Both the position numbers and the translations under genes were made by a program. This document shows, piece after piece, positions 8,076-15,962 of a DNA stretch of 64,000 nucleotides. Numbering within the stretch: the first letter of the stretch is position 1; each line of letters begins with the position of its first letter. Under the pieces are notes generated by a model that worked only from the letters and a program-made list of their open reading frames with translations, had not been told where the DNA came from and made no database searches. The stretch lies in the IMG/VR virus record IMGVR_UViG_3300044700_000691, positions 1-64,000 of that record; one strand, 5' to 3'.

Positions 8076-8315
8076 TTACTTATATTTAGATAGGATTTCT
8101 CTATGGACATGGTTAGCCCAACTATTAAAATCCGCCTGCTCCTTTGGTTCAACCGTTCGCATAACACGAGGACCATTACCATAGCTAAGATCTAAGGTTT
8201 CGCCAACCGGCTCAGTTATCATGTTCCTACGAATTAACATCTCTATTCCGCTTAGGAATCTTATGATACCTGTTTTTACCTTTTTCACTGCCGATTGTTG
8301 TTTATTATTTGTCAT
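8076..8315 (-). CDS. hypothetical protein, 79 aa
   Basis: ORF in operon. Confidence 0.7.
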   Translation of the reverse strand: MTNNKQQSAVKKVKTGIIRFLSGIEMLIRRNMITEPVGETLDLSYGNGPRVMRTVEPKEQADFNSWANHVHREILSKYK

Positions 8316-8316
8316 A

Positions 8317-8493
8317 TTATTGAACTTTAAGTTTAGTTAATAATTCTTTCTTAATCATTTCTGGCCAGGCTTTCGCAAATAGCGGGGTCTTGCCTTGATC
8401 TTCGATTGCTTGAATCTCCTTTTGGACTCCTTCGACCCATAATTCTAATCCAGCCCTTAGTGCTTCTTTTTCTACGTTAGTTAGTTTTGCCAT
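8317..8493 (-). CDS. small protein, 58 aa (MAKLTNVEKEAL...), not in the ORF track
   Basis: hand translation. Confidence 0.7.
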   Translation of the reverse strand: MAKLTNVEKEALRAGLELWVEGVQKEIQAIEDQGKTPLFAKAWPEMIKKELLTKLKVQ

Positions 8494-8498
8494 AACCT

Positions 8499-8645
8499 TT
8501 ATTTTTTATTTACTTCGTAATTATTGACTGCATCAATTACTATTTTACAAATGGTATCAAGTACTTCGTCATCATGTCCATCTAAGTAAGTAATTAGGTT
8601 AAACTGTAAAATTTCTTTTAACTCTCTTGTTGTTTTAATTTCCAT
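8499..8645 (-). CDS. small protein, 48 aa (MEIKTTRELKEIL...), not in the ORF track
   Basis: hand translation; first gene behind cassette 8673. Confidence 0.7.
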   Translation of the reverse strand: MEIKTTRELKEILQFNLITYLDGHDDEVLDTICKIVIDAVNNYEVNKK

Positions 8646-8672
8646 ATCCTTTTTGTTTTTATTGATTATACT

Positions 8673-8722
8673 GTAAATATAATACTTTTATTTGACAGTA
8701 AAAAATTTTTAATAGATTATTT
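8673..8722 (-). promoter_or_regulatory. early promoter cassette
   Basis: repeat match. Confidence 0.75.
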
Positions 8723-8851
8723 TTAATCCATCCATTTACCATCATGTATCAAATGCCAAAACCTATGCTTTAATACTTCGATTATTAGGGAACCTAAGCT
8801 ATCGCACTTGTAAACTCCAGCACCTTTTACTATAAGTTTGAATTTAGACAT
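8723..8851 (-). CDS. small protein, 42 aa (MSKFKLIVKGAG...), not in the ORF track
   Basis: hand translation; AT-rich start region. Confidence 0.6.
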   Translation of the reverse strand: MSKFKLIVKGAGVYKCDSLGSLIIEVLKHRFWHLIHDGKWMD

Positions 8852-8873
8852 TATATTTGTTGTTTAATAATTA

Positions 8874-9158
8874 TTACTTCATTTTAATTAAGGGTACGAT
8901 CGAGACCTGGCAGTGCTGGGCTTCGGGATTGTATAATGCTTCTTCTTCAGTATTCCACTTGCTCCTATCCCATAGGAGAACTGGCCTGCTCGCCGCTTCT
9001 CGACATAGGGTTTTGTATTCAATATTTAGGGTCTTTGCATCCAGTTGGACCTTAGTAAATTGGTGTACCCCTTTCAGTGTGGTTAGCACGCTGCGACCGG
9101 TTAGGATATCTGAATTCCAGATCTCGACTAACCATAGCCTGTCTTTCTTTGTCTTCAT
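8874..9158 (-). CDS. hypothetical protein, 94 aa
   Basis: ORF in operon. Confidence 0.7.
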   Translation of the reverse strand: MKTKKDRLWLVEIWNSDILTGRSVLTTLKGVHQFTKVQLDAKTLNIEYKTLCREAASRPVLLWDRSKWNTEEEALYNPEAQHCQVSIVPLIKMK

Positions 9159-9159
9159 A

Positions 9160-9369
9160 TTATCTTATACTCCCTTTAGTATCACTAGATTCTCTTGAGA
9201 ATCCAGCAATCGCGTATAGTATTCCCATTGCTCCGCTTAACATAAAGAATCCCATTTCATTTAATGTTCCTGCAAATGGGATAACCTTTCCGACATGACC
9301 GCTCGCAGTTAAGAACGCAATTGATAAGAATAAGACTGAACCCAATAAAAATTTAATAGATGCTTTCAT
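9160..9369 (-). CDS. small two-TM membrane protein
   Basis: two hydrophobic segments; behind cassette 9398. Confidence 0.7.
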   Translation of the reverse strand: MKASIKFLLGSVLFLSIAFLTASGHVGKVIPFAGTLNEMGFFMLSGAMGILYAIAGFSRESSDTKGSIR

Positions 9370-9397
9370 AATAGATTGTTTAGGTTATTAATGATAT

Positions 9398-9455
9398 GTA
9401 AATATAAACAATTAAGTTGACACTAAAAAACTTTTTATTACTTATTTTTCAAAAA
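9398..9455 (-). promoter_or_regulatory. early promoter cassette
   Basis: repeat match. Confidence 0.75.
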
Positions 9456-9479
9456 AAAACCTGCCTTACGGGGCAGGTT
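9451..9479 (-). terminator. intrinsic terminator
   Basis: AACCTGCC/GGCAGGTT stem with a T run on the minus strand. Confidence 0.75.
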
Positions 9480-9501
9480 CAAGGCTTAAGAGATTCTCTA
9501 C

Positions 9502-9810
9502 TTAGACAAGTTGAGAATTCTTGATACGACCGCGGGTCATATCGAAAGCTTTGTTTACAATCTTTGCATTTTGGTACAAGCCACCGATAACTTCACTTGT
9601 GTAGTTAGGCGAGAATCCAGTACGTGCAGCTACTTTCACTAAGTCGCCTTGACGTAGACGAGAGTTAATAACTGCTAATTTTGCTGTGTAAGGCAATTTG
9701 CGATAGGTCATGCCTATCTTGGTTTGGTTTGCTGTGTTTGACATTGTAGTCGGTTTGGTTTTAAATTTTGCAGTAAATGCTGCAAATGCTTTCTTTATAG
9801 ACATAGACAT
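9502..9810 (-). CDS. small basic helix-turn-helix DNA-binding protein
   Basis: GDLVKVAARTGFSPNYTSEVIGG HTH-like segment; true start may be further in. Confidence 0.6.
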   Translation of the reverse strand: MSMSIKKAFAAFTAKFKTKPTTMSNTANQTKIGMTYRKLPYTAKLAVINSRLRQGDLVKVAARTGFSPNYTSEVIGGLYQNAKIVNKAFDMTRGRIKNSQLV

Positions 9811-9834
9811 TTTATATTGTTTAGATTATTATAC

Positions 9835-10062
9835 CTACCCCTTTGGCTTATTGGCATCTGCGATAGCACTCCTAATTGCACCAGTTCCCATTACTGTCTT
9901 GCCGATAACCATCCAGCCCATTGCGGAGAGCCAGGTAATTTCGTGTAGACCTTGATCAGGGCCAATGCTATTCCATATTACCTTAAGAAAAAAGGCTTCG
10001 AGCATAAAGCTACAGACACCGACAAATAGTTTGTAAATTGCTTCTTTTGTTTTAGTTGACAT
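9835..10062 (-). CDS. small membrane protein, 75 aa
   Basis: hydrophobic segments. Confidence 0.7.
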   Translation of the reverse strand: MSTKTKEAIYKLFVGVCSFMLEAFFLKVIWNSIGPDQGLHEITWLSAMGWMVIGKTVMGTGAIRSAIADANKPKG

Positions 10063-10127
10063 ATTATATCCAGTTTAAGATTTTAAATAATACTTTCGCG
10101 ACTATAAAGAACACGATTATCTTTAGG

Positions 10128-10158
10128 GCTAATATACCCAATTTCTCGATAGTTGACA
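10128..10158 (-). promoter_or_regulatory. degenerate early promoter cassette
   Basis: TGTCAA...TATATTAGC. Confidence 0.45.
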
Positions 10159-10167
10159 AGAGGCTGG

Positions 10168-10470
10168 TCATATGCTGCTGTTGAAAAATAGCTTTACCTC
10201 TTTACGACCTCTAGTATTACCAAGCTTTACCTCGCTCTCGGTAATTTCTATTTCAATTACCCTGACCCCATTTGCAAAATGGTGCTTATCAAATCTGAGT
10301 CTCCCTTCGTTGGTAAATCTCTCGACAACTTCGCCACCTCTTAGCCTGCTAAACTCGGCCTCGCTAAGGGTTAACTCTTGCCCAATACTCCAGTGGACAG
10401 GCTTTACACTACGACCTGACTCTTCGCGAATAGGTTCGGTAACGGTTAATTTAAATTCTTTGTGTATCAT
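10168..10470 (-). CDS. hypothetical protein, 100 aa
   Basis: ORF behind cassette 10492. Confidence 0.7.
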   Translation of the reverse strand: MIHKEFKLTVTEPIREESGRSVKPVHWSIGQELTLSEAEFSRLRGGEVVERFTNEGRLRFDKHHFANGVRVIEIEITESEVKLGNTRGRKEVKLFFNSSI

Positions 10471-10491
10471 CGTATATCATTTAGTTATAGA

Positions 10492-10538
10492 GTAAATATA
10501 ACCAATTAACTTGACACCCAAAAATAAAGTTATTAACA
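10492..10538 (-). promoter_or_regulatory. early promoter cassette
   Basis: TATATTTAC, with TGTTAATAAC about 20 bp closer than in most copies. Confidence 0.75.
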
Positions 10539-10718
10539 ATTATCCCAGCTAGTCGGGCTATCTTCAGCTGTTACCTGCCAAAACTGGCCAAGGTTATCGC
10601 GCACAGTTAGCACGTCTGGTGCTACTACTTCTACAATACCCGTGATAGGGGCTTCTAGCTCTTCGAATTTCTGTAACCATTGGATAGTATCTCCCGGTTT
10701 AAAGTCTTGTATCTGCAT
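10533..10718 (-). CDS. small SH3/KOW-like protein, 61 aa
   Basis: FKPGDTIQW...GIVEVV pattern. Confidence 0.65.
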   Translation of the reverse strand: MQIQDFKPGDTIQWLQKFEELEAPITGIVEVVAPDVLTVRDNLGQFWQVTAEDSPTSWDNC

Positions 10719-10721
10719 ATG

Positions 10722-11027
10722 TTATAGTTTGTTTATAGCTGCTTCGCGTTTAACCCGATAGAATAACTCAGCAGCCCATTCATATTCTTCCCTAGCAACC
10801 GCCACGTCGAGCGCAGTAATACAGGCATGGTATAGAGCATGTAATAAGTATTCAAGATACTCTGCACTCCAATCCTCTTCGCCTGCTGTTTTACCTAGGT
10901 CTTCGACTATCTTGCCTAGACAGTGGCGTATCGCCTGCTGGTCTCGACCTACTCCTTCCAGCCCAGTAAGGATTCGGTCTTTAATTAGTGTAGATAAGTA
11001 TTCAGGCATCTCCTTTTGGTTTAGCAT
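10722..11027 (-). CDS. hypothetical protein with UVR-like motif
   Basis: AVAREEYEWAAEL. Confidence 0.7.
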   Translation of the reverse strand: MLNQKEMPEYLSTLIKDRILTGLEGVGRDQQAIRHCLGKIVEDLGKTAGEEDWSAEYLEYLLHALYHACITALDVAVAREEYEWAAELFYRVKREAAINKL

Positions 11028-11033
11028 TATAGT

Positions 11034-11041
11034 TATTATAC
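11034..11041 (-). promoter_or_regulatory. middle-class promoter box GTATAATA (representative; also at 9827, 18326, 19157, 33941, 38341, 40537, 41136, 47538, 48458, 63979)
   Basis: exact 8-mer just upstream of minus-strand non-structural genes. Confidence 0.6.
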
Positions 11042-11094
11042 TAGGCTAGGGGTATAGGTTTACCTGCGCAGAGTAGGTACAGGGCTAGTGCAAT

Positions 11095-11492
11095 ACCTCC
11101 TGCTGGACCGGCTGGAGACCTGCCTGGAGCTGCTGGTCAGGCTAGCCCAGGAGGCTATATAATACCTACCCAGGACCGGTCTGGTACTGCTCCTGGCTGC
11201 CCTGGGGACCGTCCTGGCAGCTGTCTCCAGGTGACTCCTGGGGTACACCAGGACAGGTCCAGACTGCTCCTGGGTGACCCTGGGGAGCTGTCCAGGGGCT
11301 GCCCCGGGGCCTATCCCTGGTATAAGTTTTTGTAGCCAGGGGGAAGCAAGCATTTTTACTTTTTTCTCTTGTCTCCCCGGCTTGGCTAGTGGTCCAGACC
11401 TTTTTGCCTAGATTCATTTATCCAGGGGCTTTTCCTCGGGGCATTTCTACTGGTGGCGAATTTCCCCTGGCTTGGGGGCTGTTGTCCAGGTC
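11095..11492. repeat. GC-rich non-coding array of 17 CCWGG motifs at the strand switch
   Basis: CCWGG at 11123, 11147, 11170, 11192, 11201, 11213, 11227, 11237, 11248, 11269, 11279, 11292, 11316, 11336, 11422, 11466, 11486. Confidence 0.8.
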
Positions 11493-11500
11493 TTTTGCTA

Positions 11501-11507
11501 ATAAATA
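11501..11507 (+). promoter_or_regulatory. late-class promoter ATAAATA (representative; also + at 14318, 18367, 19195, 24669, 25548, 28288, 33961 and - at 13964, 32561, 33122, 42451, 46450, 50213, 53610, 57118, 63909)
   Basis: resembles T4 late TATAAATA; precedes structural and leader-bearing genes. Confidence 0.65.
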
Positions 11508-11532
11508 TCTTTATAACTATAACAATATTATT

Positions 11533-11958
11533 ATGAACAGGATTAAAAGATTTAGTGAGTATCTAGTAGAGGCAGTAGCCTTAGATCAATTGGCTACTCA
11601 ATTAGGTGGTACCGTGGAACCTATCGAGGGGGTAACAGACTGGTCAGCAGTTAGAGGTTATCTAGATATTAACCGTGAAAAACTTAAGACCAGCTTAGAA
11701 AAGGCAACTGGAGATAAGATAACTGCCATGGTAGTTATTAAGGTTACTGATATCTATGCTGAAGACAAGAGGGACGGGGTAACTCCTGATCCAGACTGGT
11801 TAGGTGCAGATCCAATTGTAGACGATGCAACTCCAGATCTACAAGAAATGGTTAAGGTAGTTATTTCAGCAATACAGCAGAGTCTTGCTAAATCCGATAC
11901 AGCAACCCTAGCTAAGTTTAGTACAGCAGGTAAAGGCATCAAAACAAGTAGATATTAA
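11533..11958 (+). CDS. putative capsid-internal protein (leader MNRIKRFSEYLVE), 141 aa
   Basis: start moved from 11389 to the ATG after the late promoter; capsid-targeting-sequence (CTS)-like leader. Confidence 0.75.
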   Translation: MNRIKRFSEYLVEAVALDQLATQLGGTVEPIEGVTDWSAVRGYLDINREKLKTSLEKATGDKITAMVVIKVTDIYAEDKRDGVTPDPDWLGADPIVDDATPDLQEMVKVVISAIQQSLAKSDTATLAKFSTAGKGIKTSRY

Positions 11959-11961
11959 TCT

Positions 11962-12612
11962 ATGAAACATATCAGACTATACAAAGATTTTATTACCGAA
12001 GAGGTCCAGTCTGGTGTTGTGCACTGCAGTGGTAAAAGCTGTAACTGGAGTTGGAATCTAGCGGATGGCTTGGATGGCGGCGAAACCAATCCCTATCTAT
12101 GTCACAAGTGCTGGCATGACAATACCCCTGCTATTACCGAATCTGCGGATCCTTTCTGGACCCAATATGTTAGACTTGTTGATCTAGGTATGATTGATCT
12201 AGAGGATTGGAGCAAGATTAAAGATGATGTAGTATTGCTAGTTAAGGAGCGGTTAGCCAGTCACTACCCTAATTTAGATGTAGAAAAACTGGCATTTGAC
12301 GAAATCAGGATCCACCAGCAGGGTAAAGGCGGGCGCGATCCTTATTATAGTGTCTATATTGATAAGGGCGTTAACTATAGTTATAAGGTATGGAATTGCA
12401 GATTGGTAATTCGTTTTCAAAAGGCAGCCGGTCGACTTGATAGTAGTCAGCTTATTACGGTACCTGACTATTTCTGGGAAAGACCAATTGGTGGGTATCA
12501 ATGGATACCAAGCACGGTTGCACAGAGTAGGTGGATAGCAGACGAAATTATCAAGTGGATGGACAAGGTCTTTGTACCATTTATCGGTGTTGAAATAGAA
12601 GAAACCAACTAA
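11962..12612 (+). CDS. putative capsid-internal protein with N-terminal Cys cluster (zinc ribbon)
   Basis: leader MKHIRLYKDFITE; CxxxxC...CxxC; RLVDLGM motif. Confidence 0.75.
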   Translation: MKHIRLYKDFITEEVQSGVVHCSGKSCNWSWNLADGLDGGETNPYLCHKCWHDNTPAITESADPFWTQYVRLVDLGMIDLEDWSKIKDDVVLLVKERLASHYPNLDVEKLAFDEIRIHQQGKGGRDPYYSVYIDKGVNYSYKVWNCRLVIRFQKAAGRLDSSQLITVPDYFWERPIGGYQWIPSTVAQSRWIADEIIKWMDKVFVPFIGVEIEETN

Positions 12613-12614
12613 CT

Positions 12615-13187
12615 ATGAAATATTTAAAACCATACCGCCTATTTGAATCCGCTGAAGAGATTGCCGCAGCTAGGCGCATGTTGGCACTAGGCTTAATAGA
12701 ACCCGAGGATTTTAAACAGAAATTACAGGAGCTTGGTTTGGATAAACAGTATCGTAGCGAATTTGTTGCCGCCCTCAAGACCCTATTTGCGGATCTTGGG
12801 CTAGAGTGGCGGGATTGGGCAACAGGCCGCCAGGCGGATAATGGTACAGTCGTGCTTAAAATTAGCCCAGCTGATGCAGCCGAAATTCTCTTTACTGCTG
12901 ACTTGCCTAAGGGCTTAAGCCCTGCTCAAGAGGCACGCTATGCAAAGATAAAAGGGGAGCTGCAGCAGTGGCAGCGTCAAATGGAGATGGAGACCTCATT
13001 GAGCTCTAGGTTTGAATACTGGATTTTCCCAGGTTCTCTACGTAACTCTGGTCGAATTGGCCAACCAACCTCTAACCGTCAGGTTATATTCGATGGCTTA
13101 ACTGAGCCGGGTACAGCCCTGGCCAGATTTATGTACCAAGTTGCACTTGATGCCCATGGTCGTAGTTGGCGCTGGGGTAGGCGCTAG
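12615..13187 (+). CDS. putative capsid-internal protein
   Basis: leader MKYLKPYRLFE; RMLALGL motif. Confidence 0.75.
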   Translation: MKYLKPYRLFESAEEIAAARRMLALGLIEPEDFKQKLQELGLDKQYRSEFVAALKTLFADLGLEWRDWATGRQADNGTVVLKISPADAAEILFTADLPKGLSPAQEARYAKIKGELQQWQRQMEMETSLSSRFEYWIFPGSLRNSGRIGQPTSNRQVIFDGLTEPGTALARFMYQVALDAHGRSWRWGRR

Positions 13188-13253
13188 GCCTCACCACTCT
13201 TAACCCCAACCCCCTTGCGCGGGCGCACTCGGCGGGGTCCAGGAATACTGCAT

Positions 13254-13278
13254 AAAAAAAGAGGCTAGGCGCCTCTTT
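13254..13278. terminator. terminator between convergent genes
   Basis: AAAGAGGC/GCCTCTTT stem with an A run on the left. Confidence 0.65.
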
Positions 13279-13305
13279 AGTAATTTAAGATATAGGTGAG
13301 TCTAG

Positions 13306-13941
13306 CTAGGCTAGGTCTCCACCAATAAGATCCGCCTCAACCTGGGCTGGGGTCTTATCAAAATTTTCTCGCCAGTAATCAACTATAGTTTGGCCCTCAG
13401 TTGCCTGTTTATTATAGGTTACTTCACCATGTCCCCAAACTGCATCCTTTTCATAACCAAGATATTTCATTAGTTTAAAAGCTGCAACCACCTGGATAGG
13501 TAAAACATCAGCATCGTCTTTAGCAATAACCTCTACGCCCTGAGCAGTTTGATTCTGCAAGTCATGTGGGGCATCCTTTTGATCACTATGACCAGCATGC
13601 CAGCCAACTACACCATCAGGTAAGGTTTGAAATACTTTACCATCACGATCAATAACCCACTGGACTCCAAGTCCGCGATCATTTAAAACATTAACTACAT
13701 CCTCAGCACGGCCTCGACCTGCAGTATGGTGTACAACAAAATATTTGTCGTCTTTTAGCGGGTCCATTCGTGGCTGGGTCGCTTGGGCTGAAATATCTTC
13801 AATTTCTTGTTTAAACTCCTGTTTAAATTCCGAATCTGAGACTTCGGCAGAGTCTGCTCCCGGTTCGCCAGTAAAGGCAGACTTTACCTTATCTGCGATA
13901 TCGCCTAACCAGCTTTCAAATAATTTAATGTGTTGTGGCAT
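13306..13941 (-). CDS. N-acetylmuramoyl-L-alanine amidase (Amidase_2) with CTS-like leader
   Basis: VVHHTAG, WVIDRDG, GWHAG, GVEV and WGHGE motifs; leader MPQHIKLFE. Confidence 0.85.
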   Translation of the reverse strand: MPQHIKLFESWLGDIADKVKSAFTGEPGADSAEVSDSEFKQEFKQEIEDISAQATQPRMDPLKDDKYFVVHHTAGRGRAEDVVNVLNDRGLGVQWVIDRDGKVFQTLPDGVVGWHAGHSDQKDAPHDLQNQTAQGVEVIAKDDADVLPIQVVAAFKLMKYLGYEKDAVWGHGEVTYNKQATEGQTIVDYWRENFDKTPAQVEADLIGGDLA

Positions 13942-13976
13942 CCTATAATAGATTTATTTGAGTTATTTATTTGCCA

Positions 13977-14255
13977 CTATTCAGTCTGATGATCATAGTA
14001 CTGACTAAACTGAATAAATGCTGGTGGATTGACCTCGTTTAGCCACTCGAGCGTAAATTCAGTACGGGCAATTGTAACATTGGCAATAAATAGTTCGGCA
14101 TGCAGCGAATCAATTAGGGCCTCGCGCTGTTCAATAAATTGCTTTTGTGCGGCGACTTGCCCAGCCAGTTTGCGGTTTGACACAATTGAGCTAACCGCAA
14201 TGGTTAAAAGTACTAACCCAGTTGCAACGGCGGCAACAATACTTGATTTTTTCAT
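13977..14255 (-). CDS. N-terminal TM/signal plus coiled-coil protein
   Basis: hydrophobic N-terminus. Confidence 0.7.
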   Translation of the reverse strand: MKKSSIVAAVATGLVLLTIAVSSIVSNRKLAGQVAAQKQFIEQREALIDSLHAELFIANVTIARTEFTLEWLNEVNPPAFIQFSQYYDHQTE

Positions 14256-14347
14256 TATATTAAATTTTGTTCAAGATCTTATACCTAAGTATAATAAACA
14301 AGATCTTTCCTGGAAAGATAAATAACTACAAATAAACTAAAAAGTTA

Positions 14348-15892
14348 ATGGAAATTAAGAAATACCACGATTGGTTATTTGAAAAACAAAACCCAATTAG
14401 CGAGTGCGGTTGTGCAAGTCACTCATTTATTACCGAAAGTATTAGTATTGACCAGGTAATGGCCAATCACGAAGCAAATGCGATTCAACCAATTGACGAA
14501 GCCGGCGAGACATTTGGCCCGTTTGTTGCAGGCAAAGGCGGAAACTCTAAAGATATTTTATGTCTTTATGGATCAGGTTACTATTCAGTAGACCATACAA
14601 CCAAACCAAAGGTTGGCGAGCCTAAAACATTTAAAAACTCAGACAGATTTAAAGAAACTCTTGATAATATGATAGCTTTCCTTAAAGCGGAACCTGCTAA
14701 AACTTGGGTATCTAAAGTTATTATTAAATCTAGCGAATCAATTATTCCAAACTTTGATATGGAAGGCGGCACTGGCCAAAAGGCAACCGGTTGGTTATCT
14801 GAAAAGCGTAAAGAGAAAATTGCAGCATATGTTAGTGATGTACTTAAACCATTATTTCAGGCTGGAACTATTTCTAAATTACCAGAGGCTAGACTTATTT
14901 TTGAAGAGGCCAAAACCTTAACTGAACCGTCTGGCGGCTGGGATGATTATCGCACATGGATGAGAGAAGCTGACCCTGTAAAAAAGGCAGCAATGGCAAT
15001 TAATCTTGAATATACTAGACTTAAAAAGGGTTATGACGCAGATCAAAAAACAACTGTTCAATTTATAGTAGTTCAAGATGCAGGAATAGGTCAATGCGCA
15101 TTAGGTATGAAAATTTATGTTAACTATGATGATACAACAATTGGTCATTCATGTGACCATGCAAATTTTGAAATAACCGTGAATGGAATTCCTCTAAAAA
15201 CTTCATATGGTGGAAAGACTGAGTCGGGCTATATTCCAGCCGGTCTGCCTTTTGCAAGTATGAGTAATTCAAAAGGGCCAACCGATGAATTATACAAAGT
15301 CTATAGCGGTGCGGTTAACGGCGGTGTTAGACGAAACGTATTTCGTTTAGATGATGCTGCCCTAGTTAAGAAAATTGCATCAGCCGGCGACGGTAAGACA
15401 CTGGTAGTTAGAGCTAGGTGTATAAAAAATGGTGATGGCTATAGTGTACCTAAAGGGTTAGCTTGTCATACAGATGCACCTCACGTATGGATATATGGAT
15501 CTGACGGTAATATTACAAAAGGTTTCCCAACTTATCCTAAAACTGATAATGGCGAACTTGCTAAAACTGACCTATGCGGAAATAACCTAGGAGTTCAAAA
15601 TACAGCGGTTCCAAAAAGTGCAGACGCTAAAGGAGCAGTTACTACTGCAACCGGGCCTACCTTAACTGGAGTTAAAGTAGCATTTGCAGCAAATAAAGTT
15701 GGAACACTTAATTCTGACCAAGCTCTTCAAAATTACCTAACAAACGGCACAGTTGCTAAACAAAAAGATAATACCTATCTAGTAAATAAGGTATTTACAA
15801 TAAATAATGTTCAATACAATAAAGGTGATGTTATTAATAAAATTTTACCTAAGGGAACAGTTATAGCTCAGCCAGCTGTCCCTAACAGTTAA
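14348..15892 (+). CDS. putative virion/ejected protein, 514 aa, with a possible OmpA-like peptidoglycan-binding region
   Basis: leader MEIKKYHDWLFE; IKSSES..PN...LSEKR pattern; several Cys. Confidence 0.7.
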   Translation: MEIKKYHDWLFEKQNPISECGCASHSFITESISIDQVMANHEANAIQPIDEAGETFGPFVAGKGGNSKDILCLYGSGYYSVDHTTKPKVGEPKTFKNSDRFKETLDNMIAFLKAEPAKTWVSKVIIKSSESIIPNFDMEGGTGQKATGWLSEKRKEKIAAYVSDVLKPLFQAGTISKLPEARLIFEEAKTLTEPSGGWDDYRTWMREADPVKKAAMAINLEYTRLKKGYDADQKTTVQFIVVQDAGIGQCALGMKIYVNYDDTTIGHSCDHANFEITVNGIPLKTSYGGKTESGYIPAGLPFASMSNSKGPTDELYKVYSGAVNGGVRRNVFRLDDAALVKKIASAGDGKTLVVRARCIKNGDGYSVPKGLACHTDAPHVWIYGSDGNITKGFPTYPKTDNGELAKTDLCGNNLGVQNTAVPKSADAKGAVTTATGPTLTGVKVAFAANKVGTLNSDQALQNYLTNGTVAKQKDNTYLVNKVFTINNVQYNKGDVINKILPKGTVIAQPAVPNS

Positions 15893-15918
15893 TAGTATCA
15901 AGCTTAATATAAAACAAC

Positions 15919-15946
15919 AAAAGTCCTGCCAATGGCAGGACTTTTT
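15919..15946. terminator. bidirectional terminator
   Basis: AAAAGTCCTGCC-AAT-GGCAGGACTTTT between convergent genes. Confidence 0.85.
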
Positions 15947-15962
15947 ATTTAAATAGAGTCAA

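Noticed and set aside
359-10516. TTGACA in many early repeats read as a + strand E. coli-type -35 box
   Set aside because: There is no TATAAT-like -10 at 16-18 bp, all genes run on the minus strand, and three copies replace it with a hairpin.
340-10538. Early repeats as a CRISPR array or integron attC cassettes
   Set aside because: Spacing is hundreds of bp with whole genes between copies, the copies are degenerate and non-palindromic, and no cas or integrase gene is in the window.
11060-11417. Track ORFs 11060-11353 and 11166-11417, and the 11389-11532 N-terminal extension
   Set aside because: They are by-products of the GC-rich CCWGG array (few stop codons); composition is unlike real genes here, and a late promoter plus ATG at 11533 gives the better start.
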